Of a stretch of 64,000 nt of DNA, positions 18,037-28,093 are shown one piece after another; within the stretch, counting starts at the first letter, position 1; every line of letters starts with the position of its first letter. A program made the position numbers and the translations under genes. Under the pieces are notes generated by a model, which saw nothing but the letters and a program-made list of their open reading frames with translations, was not told the origin of the DNA and made no database searches. The DNA is from Bacillota bacterium. Lineage in GTDB: Bacteria; Bacillota_I; Bacilli_A; RFN20; CAG-288. Location of the stretch: NCBI GenBank assembly GCA_036830315.1, contig DAISOU010000003.1, forward strand, positions 30,064-94,063, read 5' to 3'.

Positions 18037-19566
18037 CTAACGTTTTTTGCCGTTATGGTGGGAGCTTCTTCTCAAAGCGGCTAAATCACTGCCGTCACCG
18101 GTATTAGCGGTTTTCTTATGACGGGATCTAGTCTGGATGCCTTCAGTAAGCAAGGTCTGGCAGATAGAGATAACCGAACCGAAGAACCAGTAGATACCCA
18201 TAGCGACAGGTAAGCTCCAGCCCATGAAGACAACGAATGCCATCATGATGTAAGTCATCCACTTCATAGTCTTATTAGGATCGACGATATTGCCGTTAGC
18301 ATCCTTTTGAGTGACAGTGGCAGCACCAAAATTATCAGTTCTCCACTTGTTCATCCAAAGACCAGTAAGAGAAGTGAGGATATTGGCAATAGTCATCATG
18401 ATAAAGACTAAGATACCGACAAGAGCACCAGGAGTAGTCGCATAGCTAGTGACACAGGTAGAAACCAAAGTAGTAAGCGATAATCCAAATAAGGAACCGC
18501 TAGCTAAGGCAGCACTTCCCTGTAAGGCTGACCAGACACAGATAAAGAGCGGGAACTGAATGATCATGAAGAGCATCGGCAGGAGAGGATGGACTTTGGC
18601 TTTCTTCATCAGCTGAGCCTGCTCCATAGCCATCGCCTGTTTCTGATCTCTGTCATAGGAAGAATTAGGATACTTTCTTGAAAGAGCATCTAGCTGAGGC
18701 TTTAAGGCATTTTGCTTAGACTGGGTTCGTCCCTGAACCAAAGTAGAAATAACAGTGATGATACGAGCTAAGAGAGTGACGACGAGAATTGCAAGAATCT
18801 GAGCCCAACCCTGATCTCCGAAGCTTTCAGAGATGACGTGGACAATATAAGCAAAAGGATAAACAAATAAACCTTCTAAGAATCCGAATTGCTGGAAAGC
18901 CTGTCCCCAGGTCTTGCCTTCGATATAAATGGTCGAACCGTTCTGTTTGAAATCTTCAGTGACAGGAGTGATACAGGCATCGTTGTTATTGACTGTTGTC
19001 TCAAGAGTAGACTTGAAAACAGAAACAAAACCGGCAGATGGCGCATAAAGGACACCAACTGAAGAATCAGCTAAAGCATCTTGATACCAAGCATCATAAT
19101 TGGTCCAGAGCTTTGCAACCTTAGGATTACCGGCAGTATCATTTTCAATACCGGCAAACATGCCGACATTTCTAGCGACTCTCTTAGCTTCGGTTTCAGT
19201 CAGTGATCCTAAGCTTCCCTGACCATCAAGCCATAAAGTATATTTAGCATCGACAAAAGCATCGACTTTATCGCTCATATAGGCCTGAAACTTCTTATCA
19301 GGCAAAGAGTATCCATAAGAAGTGCTCAGCGTATTGTATAAAGTAGTGCGGTTAGTATTCTGAAGAGTCTCATTTTCGTTTTCGGAATCCACCTCATCAA
19401 CTTTAGTGGAGTTGTTGAAAACATCACCATAATAAGCATATAGCTGATTGGCTTTATCCTGATTGGTGCAGAAAGAATTAGTGCAGCCGCTTAAACCAAA
19501 AAGAGCAATGATCGCTCCAAAAGCAACCATTATTCTTTTAAACCACTTATGAGAATTTTGTTTCAT
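18037..19566 (-). CDS. yidC: YidC/Oxa1-family membrane insertase, lipoprotein type, with a long extracytoplasmic N-terminal region
   Basis: 509 aa with lipobox LFGLSG-C. The conserved insertase core is present (PLLPMLFMIIQFPLFI..., GMGIYWFFGS) with a basic C-terminal tail. It sits in the rnpA-yidC-jag context. Confidence 0.9.
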   Translation of the reverse strand: MKQNSHKWFKRIMVAFGAIIALFGLSGCTNSFCTNQDKANQLYAYYGDVFNNSTKVDEVDSENENETLQNTNRTTLYNTLSTSYGYSLPDKKFQAYMSDKVDAFVDAKYTLWLDGQGSLGSLTETEAKRVARNVGMFAGIENDTAGNPKVAKLWTNYDAWYQDALADSSVGVLYAPSAGFVSVFKSTLETTVNNNDACITPVTEDFKQNGSTIYIEGKTWGQAFQQFGFLEGLFVYPFAYIVHVISESFGDQGWAQILAILVVTLLARIITVISTLVQGRTQSKQNALKPQLDALSRKYPNSSYDRDQKQAMAMEQAQLMKKAKVHPLLPMLFMIIQFPLFICVWSALQGSAALASGSLFGLSLTTLVSTCVTSYATTPGALVGILVFIMMTIANILTSLTGLWMNKWRTDNFGAATVTQKDANGNIVDPNKTMKWMTYIMMAFVVFMGWSLPVAMGIYWFFGSVISICQTLLTEGIQTRSRHKKTANTGDGSDLAALRRSSHHNGKKR

Positions 19567-19913
19567 GCTTTCTCCTCTTTGGATGGCACACCCAGACGAC
19601 TAAACACTTTTCCAAGCACCGCTGTGTTTTCCTGGAAGGTCTTCGAAAGATAACCAGAATGAGCAATGATGACGACATCAATTGGTGATTCTAGAATATC
19701 CAAGAGGTTGATCTGAGCCCGAAGCTGTCTTCTGACTCTTGCCCTAACTACGGCATTTCCGATTTTGGTTGAAACAGATAGTCCTATCCGGGCATGATCG
19801 ACCTGATTAGGAGCGTAGAAGACGGAAAAGGATTGGTTTTTGCCAGCGCAGTGTCTTTGATCTAATACCTTCTTAAAATCTTGAGATTTAGTCAGTCGGT
19901 AAACTTTTTTCAT
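19563..19913 (-). CDS. rnpA: Ribonuclease P protein component
   Basis: 116 aa and basic, with the RNR-like region NAVVRARVRRQLR. It lies directly downstream of rpmH. Confidence 0.9.
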   Translation of the reverse strand: MKKVYRLTKSQDFKKVLDQRHCAGKNQSFSVFYAPNQVDHARIGLSVSTKIGNAVVRARVRRQLRAQINLLDILESPIDVVIIAHSGYLSKTFQENTAVLGKVFSRLGVPSKEEKA

Positions 19914-19937
19914 TGATACTGCCGAAAATTGGGCTGT

Positions 19938-20075
19938 TTAAGCCTGAGTAAGACGGGCTCTGCCCTTAGCTCTTCTTCTGTTGAGAACATTTCTTCCACC
20001 CTTAGTTGCCATTCTGGCTCTGAATCCACAGGTGTGAGCTCTCTTGATTTTGCTAGGCTGATAAGTACGTTTCAT
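19938..20075 (-). CDS. rpmH: 50S ribosomal protein L34
   Basis: [45 protein letters not shown] is a canonical L34. The ATG at 20075 has GGAGG upstream. The ORF-track start at 20141 is an artefactual extension. Confidence 0.95.
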   Translation of the reverse strand: MKRTYQPSKIKRAHTCGFRARMATKGGRNVLNRRRAKGRARLTQA

Positions 20076-20493
20076 TTTGGTCTTCCTCCATTGTATTAAT
20101 GCGCACAAAAAAACGCATGTAGGGATATTATATGCTGACAAGAACCCTAAATCAACGATTAATATATTAATATTAAATATATTAATAGAGCAAAAAGCCT
20201 ATTCTTTTCATTAACCGCTGATATGTTTTTCTTTCTTTTATTTTACCCTGTTAGTCGAGTAATTGGAAGTCATAATAAATATTCCCATATATGCAAAACT
20301 AATATTTTCTAAATATGTAAGCATTTAAGGCGGTTTATAGCTGACTTAAAAAATAATTTTTCTTTTTAACCACGTTTAGCAATGATAATGATAAAAGAGT
20401 TTTTTTATCATTTACAAGAGTAAAAATTCATATTAAAGTATATTTGTTAATCTGCAATAAAACAGGTGATTTATCATAAAGAGGGAGGGATCT

Positions 20494-20967
20494 ATGGCCT
20501 TTACAAAACAAGTTCAACGCATACATGGACACCATTCCGGAACCTACTATGAAGATAAAGACGGAACTCCAAAATATAAAAGACTGTCATTCGATGAAAA
20601 AGCCGAATCTCTGAAAAAAACAAAGCCTGAATTTTTTGATGCCTTAAATACTTTTGATGTTCTTCTTAAAGGCTATGGACTTAAAGTAAGATCATCAAGC
20701 AGCGGGTTAAACTATCGTCTTCACTGCAAAAGATATGCAAAGCTGACAATCGCCAACAATTATCTGAAGATTTATCTTCGTCTTGAATCTTCGGACTTAG
20801 AAAACACAAAGATTCCATTTCGTGATTTTTCATCCAAAAGTTCTTTTGAGGATATACCGTTAGGATTCAAAATCAAATCTTCTCTGGCTATCAAAAGAAC
20901 TATTAATTTGATTCATCTGACAATGAAAAAAGGCGGATTCACAATCAAAGATGGGGAACAGGATTAA
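20494..20967 (+). CDS. Hypothetical protein (possibly DUF5655-like; not confidently recognised)
   Basis: 157-aa ORF with RBS GAGGGAGGG upstream, set in a very AT-rich intergenic context. No catalytic motif was recognised. Confidence 0.5.
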   Translation: MAFTKQVQRIHGHHSGTYYEDKDGTPKYKRLSFDEKAESLKKTKPEFFDALNTFDVLLKGYGLKVRSSSSGLNYRLHCKRYAKLTIANNYLKIYLRLESSDLENTKIPFRDFSSKSSFEDIPLGFKIKSSLAIKRTINLIHLTMKKGGFTIKDGEQD

Positions 20968-20981
20968 TCCTGTTTCTTTTT

Positions 20982-21902
20982 TTAATTCTTTTTAAAGAAT
21001 TCGTCTATCCGTCTATTGATATCAATGCTTCTTTCATCAGTCGGATCAGTGACGTTATAGACATGAGTGAAGGTAGGGTCATCTAAAGAATAGAACTCAC
21101 AGTTAAAACCTTTACTGCTAAGTTCATCGGATAGTCTTTTTGCCTGTCCGTAAAATGCAGTATCACCTTTTGAAGTCGTAATCATGAGCGGAGGAAGAAT
21201 ACCAACTTCTTTGACAACGTCTGTAAAATCGGTGTGCGAAAAAATAGTATTTCTTTCTTTCTTATAGTCATTTCCGCAGAGAAGAGCTAAGAAGGTATCC
21301 TTGCATCCGTTATTAAGATGCTTATGCCCATCTAAGAAGTCTAAATCCTTGATATAGACAACAGGATTGCAAAGGCAGGCCGCTTTTATATCAAAGGGAA
21401 GAACACCTATTTTATATATTTTTCTAAGTTCTTCGCTTTGAAGAATTGATAGAATCAGCAAAGACAGCTGACCCCCGGCACTGTCACCGGTAAGATAGAT
21501 TCGGTTTTTGTCTATTCCATAGTCTTCCGCTTTGGAATAGATATAAATCAAAGCCTGATACAGTTCCTGGATCATGACGTCGATCTTGGCTTCAAAGACC
21601 AGAGAATAAGATGGTGTAGCCACTACGTATCCTTTCATGGCCATATAATTTGCAAAATGACCGTTCAAGTTGCAGTCTCCGTACATCCAGCCTCCACCGT
21701 GGATATCAAACAAAAGAGGACGTTTTTCTTCATCCTTCTTTCGATAGATATTCATCAAATGACTTTTTTTGTCATCTTGAAAATAGTTCACCTGAGAAAC
21801 TTCTATATCGGCAGGGTCTTTGATGCGTTCCATCGTCTTTTTGTCGTGTTTGCCAATACTTTTCCATACCATCTTGAATATCTGCCTGTATATGAATCTC
21901 AT
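20982..21902 (-). CDS. Alpha/beta-hydrolase fold esterase/lipase (HSL-like family)
   Basis: 306 aa with the oxyanion motif HGGGW and the nucleophile elbow GDSAGG. Its ATG overlaps the ispE stop by 1 nt (TAATG). Confidence 0.8.
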   Translation of the reverse strand: MRFIYRQIFKMVWKSIGKHDKKTMERIKDPADIEVSQVNYFQDDKKSHLMNIYRKKDEEKRPLLFDIHGGGWMYGDCNLNGHFANYMAMKGYVVATPSYSLVFEAKIDVMIQELYQALIYIYSKAEDYGIDKNRIYLTGDSAGGQLSLLILSILQSEELRKIYKIGVLPFDIKAACLCNPVVYIKDLDFLDGHKHLNNGCKDTFLALLCGNDYKKERNTIFSHTDFTDVVKEVGILPPLMITTSKGDTAFYGQAKRLSDELSSKGFNCEFYSLDDPTFTHVYNVTDPTDERSIDINRRIDEFFKKN

Positions 21903-22771
21903 TATCTTACGACGAACTGGGTAAGTTCAGTCTGATATCCTTCTTTTTCAAAAAGATGAGCGGCTTTTTCCAATTGACGACGGTCTTTGGATAAGGCAAA
22001 ACAGGCAGAACCTGTTCCCGACATTCCGCAAAGACTGAGGTTCATCATCTCCATCTCTTCTAAAAGCTCACCGATTAGAGGCAAAGCCTTGATAGCCGGG
22101 ACTGATAAAACATTGATCATGTTTTTCTTGATGCCATCGGTATCATCGACTTCCAGAGCATGAATGAGAGCCTCAATATTAGGATGGTGGATGCCTTCCT
22201 TGATATTGTCATAGGCTTCATAGACAGACTTGGTCGAGAGACCGAAGTCAGGTTTGACAATCAAAACGAAATAAGGATAAGCGACTTTGATGAAATCGAG
22301 TCTTTCGCCTTTTCCACCGACTCTGGCTGGGCGGTCATAGAAACAGAAAGGAACATCCGAGCCGATATTCATAGCCAGCTCATTGATCTTGTCTAGGTTA
22401 TCTCCGCTTTTGATGACGTGAGATTCCAAAGCTCTGATAACAGCGGCTGCATCTGCGCTTCCACCGCCTAATCCAGCCTGAACAGGAATCTTCTTATATA
22501 TGAAAATACGATAGTGTCCGTCAAACTTAAAGGAATTCCTCATAGCGTCAAGGGCTTTGAAGGCCAAGTTGGATTCGTCGCAGACAATGCTGGGATCATC
22601 GCAATAAAGATATGTTTCAAATGAGCCGGGAAGAGGGGTGATTTCTACCGAATCATGCAACATCAAAGGAACAGTCACCATATCAATATCATGATAACCA
22701 TCTTCTCTCTTATCCAGCACATCGATTGCCAAGTTGATCTTAGCCAAAGCTCTAATTACTATTGTGTTCAT
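21902..22771 (-). CDS. ispE: 4-diphosphocytidyl-2-C-methyl-D-erythritol kinase
   Basis: 289 aa with AKINLAIDV...REDGYH and the GHMP kinase motif PVQAGLGGGSADAAA. Confidence 0.9.
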   Translation of the reverse strand: MNTIVIRALAKINLAIDVLDKREDGYHDIDMVTVPLMLHDSVEITPLPGSFETYLYCDDPSIVCDESNLAFKALDAMRNSFKFDGHYRIFIYKKIPVQAGLGGGSADAAAVIRALESHVIKSGDNLDKINELAMNIGSDVPFCFYDRPARVGGKGERLDFIKVAYPYFVLIVKPDFGLSTKSVYEAYDNIKEGIHHPNIEALIHALEVDDTDGIKKNMINVLSVPAIKALPLIGELLEEMEMMNLSLCGMSGTGSACFALSKDRRQLEKAAHLFEKEGYQTELTQFVVR

Positions 22772-22854
22772 TTGTTTTTGTGGTTGATTATATCTTACCG
22801 ATATTATTATACCTTATCAAGAAAAGTATTGTGGTGGTGTTATGATATTCTTGT

Positions 22855-23418
22855 ATGGAAAAGACATTAACAAAGAAAGAATTGCTATACAATCTGATAA
22901 AAGGCGTTCAAGATCCTTTTTCAACTGCTGAAAAGCAAAGAGACATCAGAAGAATTCTCTCTTCTTCTTCTAACTTTGGAGGTCTTAATCACCTCTATCT
23001 CGCCCGCTGTCACTTCTCCAATAGAAAAGAACCTTTGATCGTCTCTTTAGAGGAAGCAAAAGAGCAGGCTCTTTTGGCAATCAAAGAAAAAAACAATGTC
23101 GGGTATTACTTTCTCTACAAAGTAAAACTTGAAAAAAAAGAATACCAGAAAGCCATCACTTACCTAAAATACATGATCAGCATCGGCTATCCTGATGCCT
23201 ATATGGATATGGCTAACCTTTTATATAAAGGTGTAGCTATAGAAAAAGATGACAGAGAAGCTTACAGGTATTATGAAAAAGCAACCGAAAAGGGCATTGA
23301 CAAGGGCTTTTTCGGTATGCTTTTAATCGCCTCTTCCTATCACGATGTCAAACTGGAAAAGAAGATCATCGAAAAAGCAGCTCAATGCGGATTGGTTCTT
23401 CCAGGTTTTATCGAATGA
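22855..23418 (+). CDS. Sel1/TPR-like repeat protein
   Basis: 187 aa with Sel1-type repeats (AYMDMANLLYKGVAIEKDDREAYRYYEKATEKG). No clear RBS, so the start is uncertain. Confidence 0.6.
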   Translation: MEKTLTKKELLYNLIKGVQDPFSTAEKQRDIRRILSSSSNFGGLNHLYLARCHFSNRKEPLIVSLEEAKEQALLAIKEKNNVGYYFLYKVKLEKKEYQKAITYLKYMISIGYPDAYMDMANLLYKGVAIEKDDREAYRYYEKATEKGIDKGFFGMLLIASSYHDVKLEKKIIEKAAQCGLVLPGFIE

Positions 23419-24068
23419 AAAGCAAAAACAAGGCAATCATTGTCGGAGCATCATCATTGAACGACACTTCAATCTTAAAGAAACTCAATGAAGACTATTA
23501 TTCAATAGCCTGTGATGGCGGGTATTATCATTTCTTAAAAGAAAAGATCGAACCTGACGTTCTAGTCGGTGATTTTGATACTCTAGACGAAAAAGAAATC
23601 AAAAATCCTGGAAGAGTTTTTCGTCTTAATCCGGTAAAAGATGACACCGATGTCTTCTGGTCGATCAAATACCTGTTAGAACAAGGATTTAAATCGATTG
23701 ATTTTTATGGATGCCTCGGTCTTAAGATTGAGCATACGATAGGAAACATCCAGCTTTTGTCTTATCTCTGCGATAAGGGAATAAAAGCCAGGATGTTTAC
23801 TCCTGAGCTTGATAATTATCTTTTGATGCTAAAAGACAGTCAGCTGACATTAGATAAATCCTGCAAAGGAAAACTTTCTGTCTTCAGCTATTCTGAAAAA
23901 TGTGAAGCTGTCTCCCTGATCAATCTCAAATATCCTTTAGACAAGGTGGTTCTGACTGACAATGTCCCATTAGGAGTATCCAATGAATTCATCGGCAGAG
24001 AGTCTATCATCAAAGTAGAAAAAGGAAAACTTCTTTTAGTTCTTCCCGTTAATACCATCAGCATATGA
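23415..24068 (+). CDS. thiN: Thiamine pyrophosphokinase
   Basis: It has ACDGG...VGDFDT and KDDTD motifs. I chose the ATG at 23415, which overlaps the upstream stop as ATGA. The ORF-track start at 23385 lies inside the previous gene. Confidence 0.8.
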   Translation: MKSKNKAIIVGASSLNDTSILKKLNEDYYSIACDGGYYHFLKEKIEPDVLVGDFDTLDEKEIKNPGRVFRLNPVKDDTDVFWSIKYLLEQGFKSIDFYGCLGLKIEHTIGNIQLLSYLCDKGIKARMFTPELDNYLLMLKDSQLTLDKSCKGKLSVFSYSEKCEAVSLINLKYPLDKVVLTDNVPLGVSNEFIGRESIIKVEKGKLLLVLPVNTISI

Positions 24069-24463
24069 AAACTATCGAAACAAGACTGGAAAAAGGAGAT
24101 GATCTTTATGATTCTATCCTTAGAATTGCAAAGAAAAACCATATCAGGGCCGGTGTTATCTTAAGCGGTGTTGGCTGTGTAAGCAAAGCCAGAATCAGAG
24201 ACAGCCAAGGCGTTGACGTCCATGAAATAGTCGAAAACATGGAGATAGTCTCCCTTACCGGAACTATTAGTGAAGAAGGTCTTCATCTTCATATTTCTCT
24301 CTCGAGAAAAGACTTATCCGTAATCGGCGGCCACTTAAAAGAGGGAACTATCATCAGTCTGACCTGTGAACTTGTCATAGGTATTCTAAAAGACTGTGAA
24401 CTCGAGCGGATCTTGGATGAGAAGACCGGCTATAAAGAACTGAAAATAAAGAAAACTGACTGA
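24065..24463 (+). CDS. PPC (DUF296) domain protein
   Basis: 132 aa with a pattern typical of PPC/DUF296 (ILSGVGCVSKARI...LTGTIS...HLHISLS...VIGGHL). Its start overlaps the thiN stop as ATGA. Confidence 0.7.
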   Translation: MKTIETRLEKGDDLYDSILRIAKKNHIRAGVILSGVGCVSKARIRDSQGVDVHEIVENMEIVSLTGTISEEGLHLHISLSRKDLSVIGGHLKEGTIISLTCELVIGILKDCELERILDEKTGYKELKIKKTD

Positions 24464-24467
24464 TTGT

Positions 24468-26198
24468 CTATCCGACAACGTGTCCGTTTTCAACTTTGAT
24501 CACGCGATTAAAGCCCAATTGATCAGAAAGACGATGCGATATGGAAACAACGGTTCTTGAAGAAGTGGCATTTGATAAGACTTCAACCACTTCTTTTTCA
24601 GTTTTGGAATCTAAGTTGGCCGAAATCTCATCTAAGAGAAGCAAAGAGGGATTAGTTACTAATGCCCTGGCTAGACCTAGAAGCTGTATCTGTCCCCGGG
24701 AAAAATCTTCTTCCCTATAAGGGGCATCATAACCTCCTTTTATTTCCTTCATGACATAGTCATCAAGGAAAGTATCCTTCATGGCCTTTCTGACATCTGA
24801 CAAAGAAATCGAAGGATCACGAAGAGTAATCTGTTCTTTGACAGTTCCTCTGATAGCCGTAAATCCCTGTTCGACATATCCGAAGATCTTTCTTTTTTCT
24901 CTGTCGGGAATCTTTGTCACATCGATACCATTGACGGTGATATTTCCCTCAGTAGGTTCCAATATTCCCAGTATCAGTCGGAACAAGGTAGTCTTTCCGA
25001 CTCCGGTTCTTCCGACTAACGAAATCTTATCCAGTCGATTGACTTCTAGGTTCATGTGATTGAAGATGAGTTCTTCGCCGTCTTCATAATGGAAAGTGAG
25101 ATCATTAAAGGAAAGAAGAGAAGAAGAAGTTTTGCTCAATACATATTCAGACGTAAACTCTTCGTTCTTTTCACAGATTTCGGGTTCATTCATGTAGCTC
25201 TCGACTCTCTTGATTCCTGAGGCGCCTTCCTGCATGCTCTGAAGTTCCTGTCCTATCTCTTCAATAGGAGAGAAGACATTGGAGATCAAGGATAAGGCAG
25301 CCGCAAAAGTTCCGATTGAAATACCGATGATGTTATCTAGGGAATCAGTTGAATAACAGACAAGAATAGTGACAGCGCTGATAGTGACAGCCTTGATCAT
25401 TTCAATAATAGGAGAATAGATGCTGTCAAAGAATCCAGTTCTATCTAAGGCCACGTAACCTTTATCTAAAAGACCCTGAAACTGCTTTTCCCTGTAATCC
25501 TGCTTAGAAAGGTTCTGGACAGTAAAAGAAGAATCGATTGTCTCAGAGAGATTATTAGTTTCCTGATTGAGGATCTTTCTGTTTGCCAATTGATTCTTGA
25601 GCATTCTTTTTCGGAAGAACTGAGTGATGAAGAAAATGATGGGAATCAAAGCCAGTAAAATCAAACCTAAGGCCCAGCTGAAAACAAAGACTGAGACCAG
25701 AATACCGACGATTTTAAAGAGATTAACAACCATAGATACGAGACCTTCGGCAAATAACATCTCAATTGCATAGACGTCATCGGTAACCTTGCTAGTCATC
25801 TCTCCTGAACCATGATGAGTGAAATATCCGCTTTTTAGACGATGAGACTTCTCAATCATCTGATACCTTAAGGCGTGAATAAGTTTCTGACCGAAGTCAT
25901 CGATCATATAGTTCTGGAAAACTGTAAATAATCCCACTAAAAGGAAAGAAGAAAAATAAGCCAAAGACAAGAGGATAAGCTGTGAAGTCTCTAAGACAAT
26001 GACGCCGGACAAAGAAGGAGTGATATAAGAGTCAATCATGAACTTCAGAGTAAAAGAAGGAAGAAGTCCTGAAAGAGCCGAACCTAAAATTGTAAAGGCC
26101 AGAAGAATAGTCCTGACTTTATGCTCCCTGATGAAAGAAAGAATGAAAGAGACTGTCTTAAAGCTCTTTGTATTCAAATTGTTATTGTTAGTCTTCAT
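24468..26198 (-). CDS. ABC exporter subunit (TMD-NBD fusion) with canonical Walker A/B and a non-canonical signature motif
   Basis: 576 aa. Walker A is GRTGVGKTT, Walker B is LLLLDE, and the H-loop is SISHR. The signature is FSRGQ rather than LSGGQ. Confidence 0.85.
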   Translation of the reverse strand: MKTNNNNLNTKSFKTVSFILSFIREHKVRTILLAFTILGSALSGLLPSFTLKFMIDSYITPSLSGVIVLETSQLILLSLAYFSSFLLVGLFTVFQNYMIDDFGQKLIHALRYQMIEKSHRLKSGYFTHHGSGEMTSKVTDDVYAIEMLFAEGLVSMVVNLFKIVGILVSVFVFSWALGLILLALIPIIFFITQFFRKRMLKNQLANRKILNQETNNLSETIDSSFTVQNLSKQDYREKQFQGLLDKGYVALDRTGFFDSIYSPIIEMIKAVTISAVTILVCYSTDSLDNIIGISIGTFAAALSLISNVFSPIEEIGQELQSMQEGASGIKRVESYMNEPEICEKNEEFTSEYVLSKTSSSLLSFNDLTFHYEDGEELIFNHMNLEVNRLDKISLVGRTGVGKTTLFRLILGILEPTEGNITVNGIDVTKIPDREKRKIFGYVEQGFTAIRGTVKEQITLRDPSISLSDVRKAMKDTFLDDYVMKEIKGGYDAPYREEDFSRGQIQLLGLARALVTNPSLLLLDEISANLDSKTEKEVVEVLSNATSSRTVVSISHRLSDQLGFNRVIKVENGHVVG

Positions 26199-27984
26199 GT
26201 TTGTCGTTAACCTCCCCAGCTACTTTCTGCAGAGAATAAAGATACTGATAAGTCTTGCAGCCTCCTAGAAGTTCATCGTGAGAACCCGAGCAGACTGTCT
26301 CATCTCCGTTGATGACTAAAACATCATCGAGATCTTTAAATGAAGTCAGGCGATGAGAAATCAAAAGAACTATCGAGCCTTCCATTTCCTTACGGAGATT
26401 CTTGAGGATTTCTCTTTCAGTAACCGGGTCGACTGAAGCAAAGGGATCATCTAATATGACGAGACCTTTTTTGTGATAGATGGTTCTGGCCAAAGCGATT
26501 CTTTCCTGCTGACCGCCTGATAGCTTGACTCCTTCATTTCCAACTATCGTCTCTTCTTTAAGAGGCATATTCTCGAAGTCTTTATTGAAGCTTACTTCTT
26601 TAAGACTAGGTAAAACGTCTTTTTCGTCTCCTAATGATATGTTCTCTTTTATAGTATCGGTTATCAAATCTGCTTCATGTCCCATATAAGAGATGGTTCC
26701 GGCTATTTCTCCTTTGGAATAAGAAGAGATATCTTTGCCGAAAAGCTTGATTTCTCCCTCATAGGGAAGAATCTTCACAAAGGCTTTGCACAAGGCCGAT
26801 TTTCCCGAAGCTATAGGTCCTGTTATCCCAATAATCTGATTTCGCTTGGCTTTAAAAGACAAGTCTTTGAAGAGGATCTTGCCGTCGACTGTCATCTTCA
26901 TGTTGCTGACAGTCAGTGTATCTCCCTCAACTTCCACAGGTTCAACATATCGCTCATAAGGCTTGACATAAGGTTTGATTCTCTTCCAGGAAGCTAAGCC
27001 GCTTTCAATAGAGCCAAACAGTTTAGCAGTCTTGGCTGACTTAGAAGCCATCAGGACAAAGGTAGTGAGATAAGTGGAGAACTGTCCGATAGTCCAGTTG
27101 TTTTTCATCAGCACTGGTATCGGAGCAAAGAGACTGTCTTTGTTAGCGACATGGTAGACACCAAAATATATGACAGGAATCAAGCCGAGCATGGCGATGA
27201 CTCTGGCTATCGGAATCATCACATCGGTAAGGACCGTGGCCTTAACGGTCTTCTCCTCATATTCTTTAAGTGTGCCGTCATAATCACTGATGTTGTCTTG
27301 ATCACGTCCATAGATTCTATAAGTGATGGCATTATTAAAAAGATCAAAGGTCTTTGATGACATCAGAGAATTGGCTTTTCTCGACTGAGAAGAAGCATTG
27401 TAGATAGCTTTTCTCATAATGAAAGCCACCAGTATTGCACCAAAGACAGGTATTAATCCATATAGTGTCATCTGATAATCAAACAGAACCAGATAGATAA
27501 TATAGAAAGCAAACATAAAGCAGGTATCAAAGATCTCTGTCGTCAGTTTTCGCATGCCTTCGACAGTGCTGTTGACATCGGATATGGCTCGGCTTAAAAG
27601 CTTTCCCATATCAGAATTCTTAAGCTCGGTGGAATCCATGTGAAGAAGATTGTTATAGACAGTCAGTCTCATCGTATAAGTGGCGTTATTGGCAAACCTC
27701 CTGACAAAATATCTCTTTAGGGTTCTCATTATCTGCACTACTAAAATAGTCAGACAGAATATTCCTAACAGGATCCATACTTTCTGTGGCTCTTCCTTAT
27801 TTTCGATGACATCGATGAGATTGCCTTCAAAATAAGGAGAAGCCAACATACCGAAGTTATAGATAATACCGGTAACTGCAATCAAAATCAGCATCAAAGG
27901 CTGATAGGACCAATAAGAAAGAAGCTTCTCTGGTCTTTTTATTCTTTTATCTCTATGATTTGACATATAAGTATTGTAATACAC
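26188..27984 (-). CDS. ABC exporter subunit (TMD-NBD fusion) with a canonical signature but Walker B lacking the catalytic Glu
   Basis: 598 aa. Walker A is GPIASGKSA and the signature is LSGGQQERIALAR. Walker B is LVILDD, with Asp in place of the catalytic Glu. It overlaps the downstream subunit by 11 nt. Confidence 0.85.
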   Translation of the reverse strand: MYYNTYMSNHRDKRIKRPEKLLSYWSYQPLMLILIAVTGIIYNFGMLASPYFEGNLIDVIENKEEPQKVWILLGIFCLTILVVQIMRTLKRYFVRRFANNATYTMRLTVYNNLLHMDSTELKNSDMGKLLSRAISDVNSTVEGMRKLTTEIFDTCFMFAFYIIYLVLFDYQMTLYGLIPVFGAILVAFIMRKAIYNASSQSRKANSLMSSKTFDLFNNAITYRIYGRDQDNISDYDGTLKEYEEKTVKATVLTDVMIPIARVIAMLGLIPVIYFGVYHVANKDSLFAPIPVLMKNNWTIGQFSTYLTTFVLMASKSAKTAKLFGSIESGLASWKRIKPYVKPYERYVEPVEVEGDTLTVSNMKMTVDGKILFKDLSFKAKRNQIIGITGPIASGKSALCKAFVKILPYEGEIKLFGKDISSYSKGEIAGTISYMGHEADLITDTIKENISLGDEKDVLPSLKEVSFNKDFENMPLKEETIVGNEGVKLSGGQQERIALARTIYHKKGLVILDDPFASVDPVTEREILKNLRKEMEGSIVLLISHRLTSFKDLDDVLVINGDETVCSGSHDELLGGCKTYQYLYSLQKVAGEVNDKHED

Positions 27985-28093
27985 ATCAGCAAAGGAAATG
28001 TGAATAATACAACCTGAAGACTTTAAAAAGATGTAACAGATAAATATGTTATTTATTGTATAGTATAGTTGATATTAAAAGGAGCTTTCAGCA

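Noticed and set aside
20142-20493. Very AT-rich 350-bp spacer next to rpmH, with an AT palindrome near 20158-20187, considered as a third origin element or DUE
   Set aside because: No sequence there is closer than about 6/9 to TTATCCACA. It most simply holds the rpmH and 20494 promoters.
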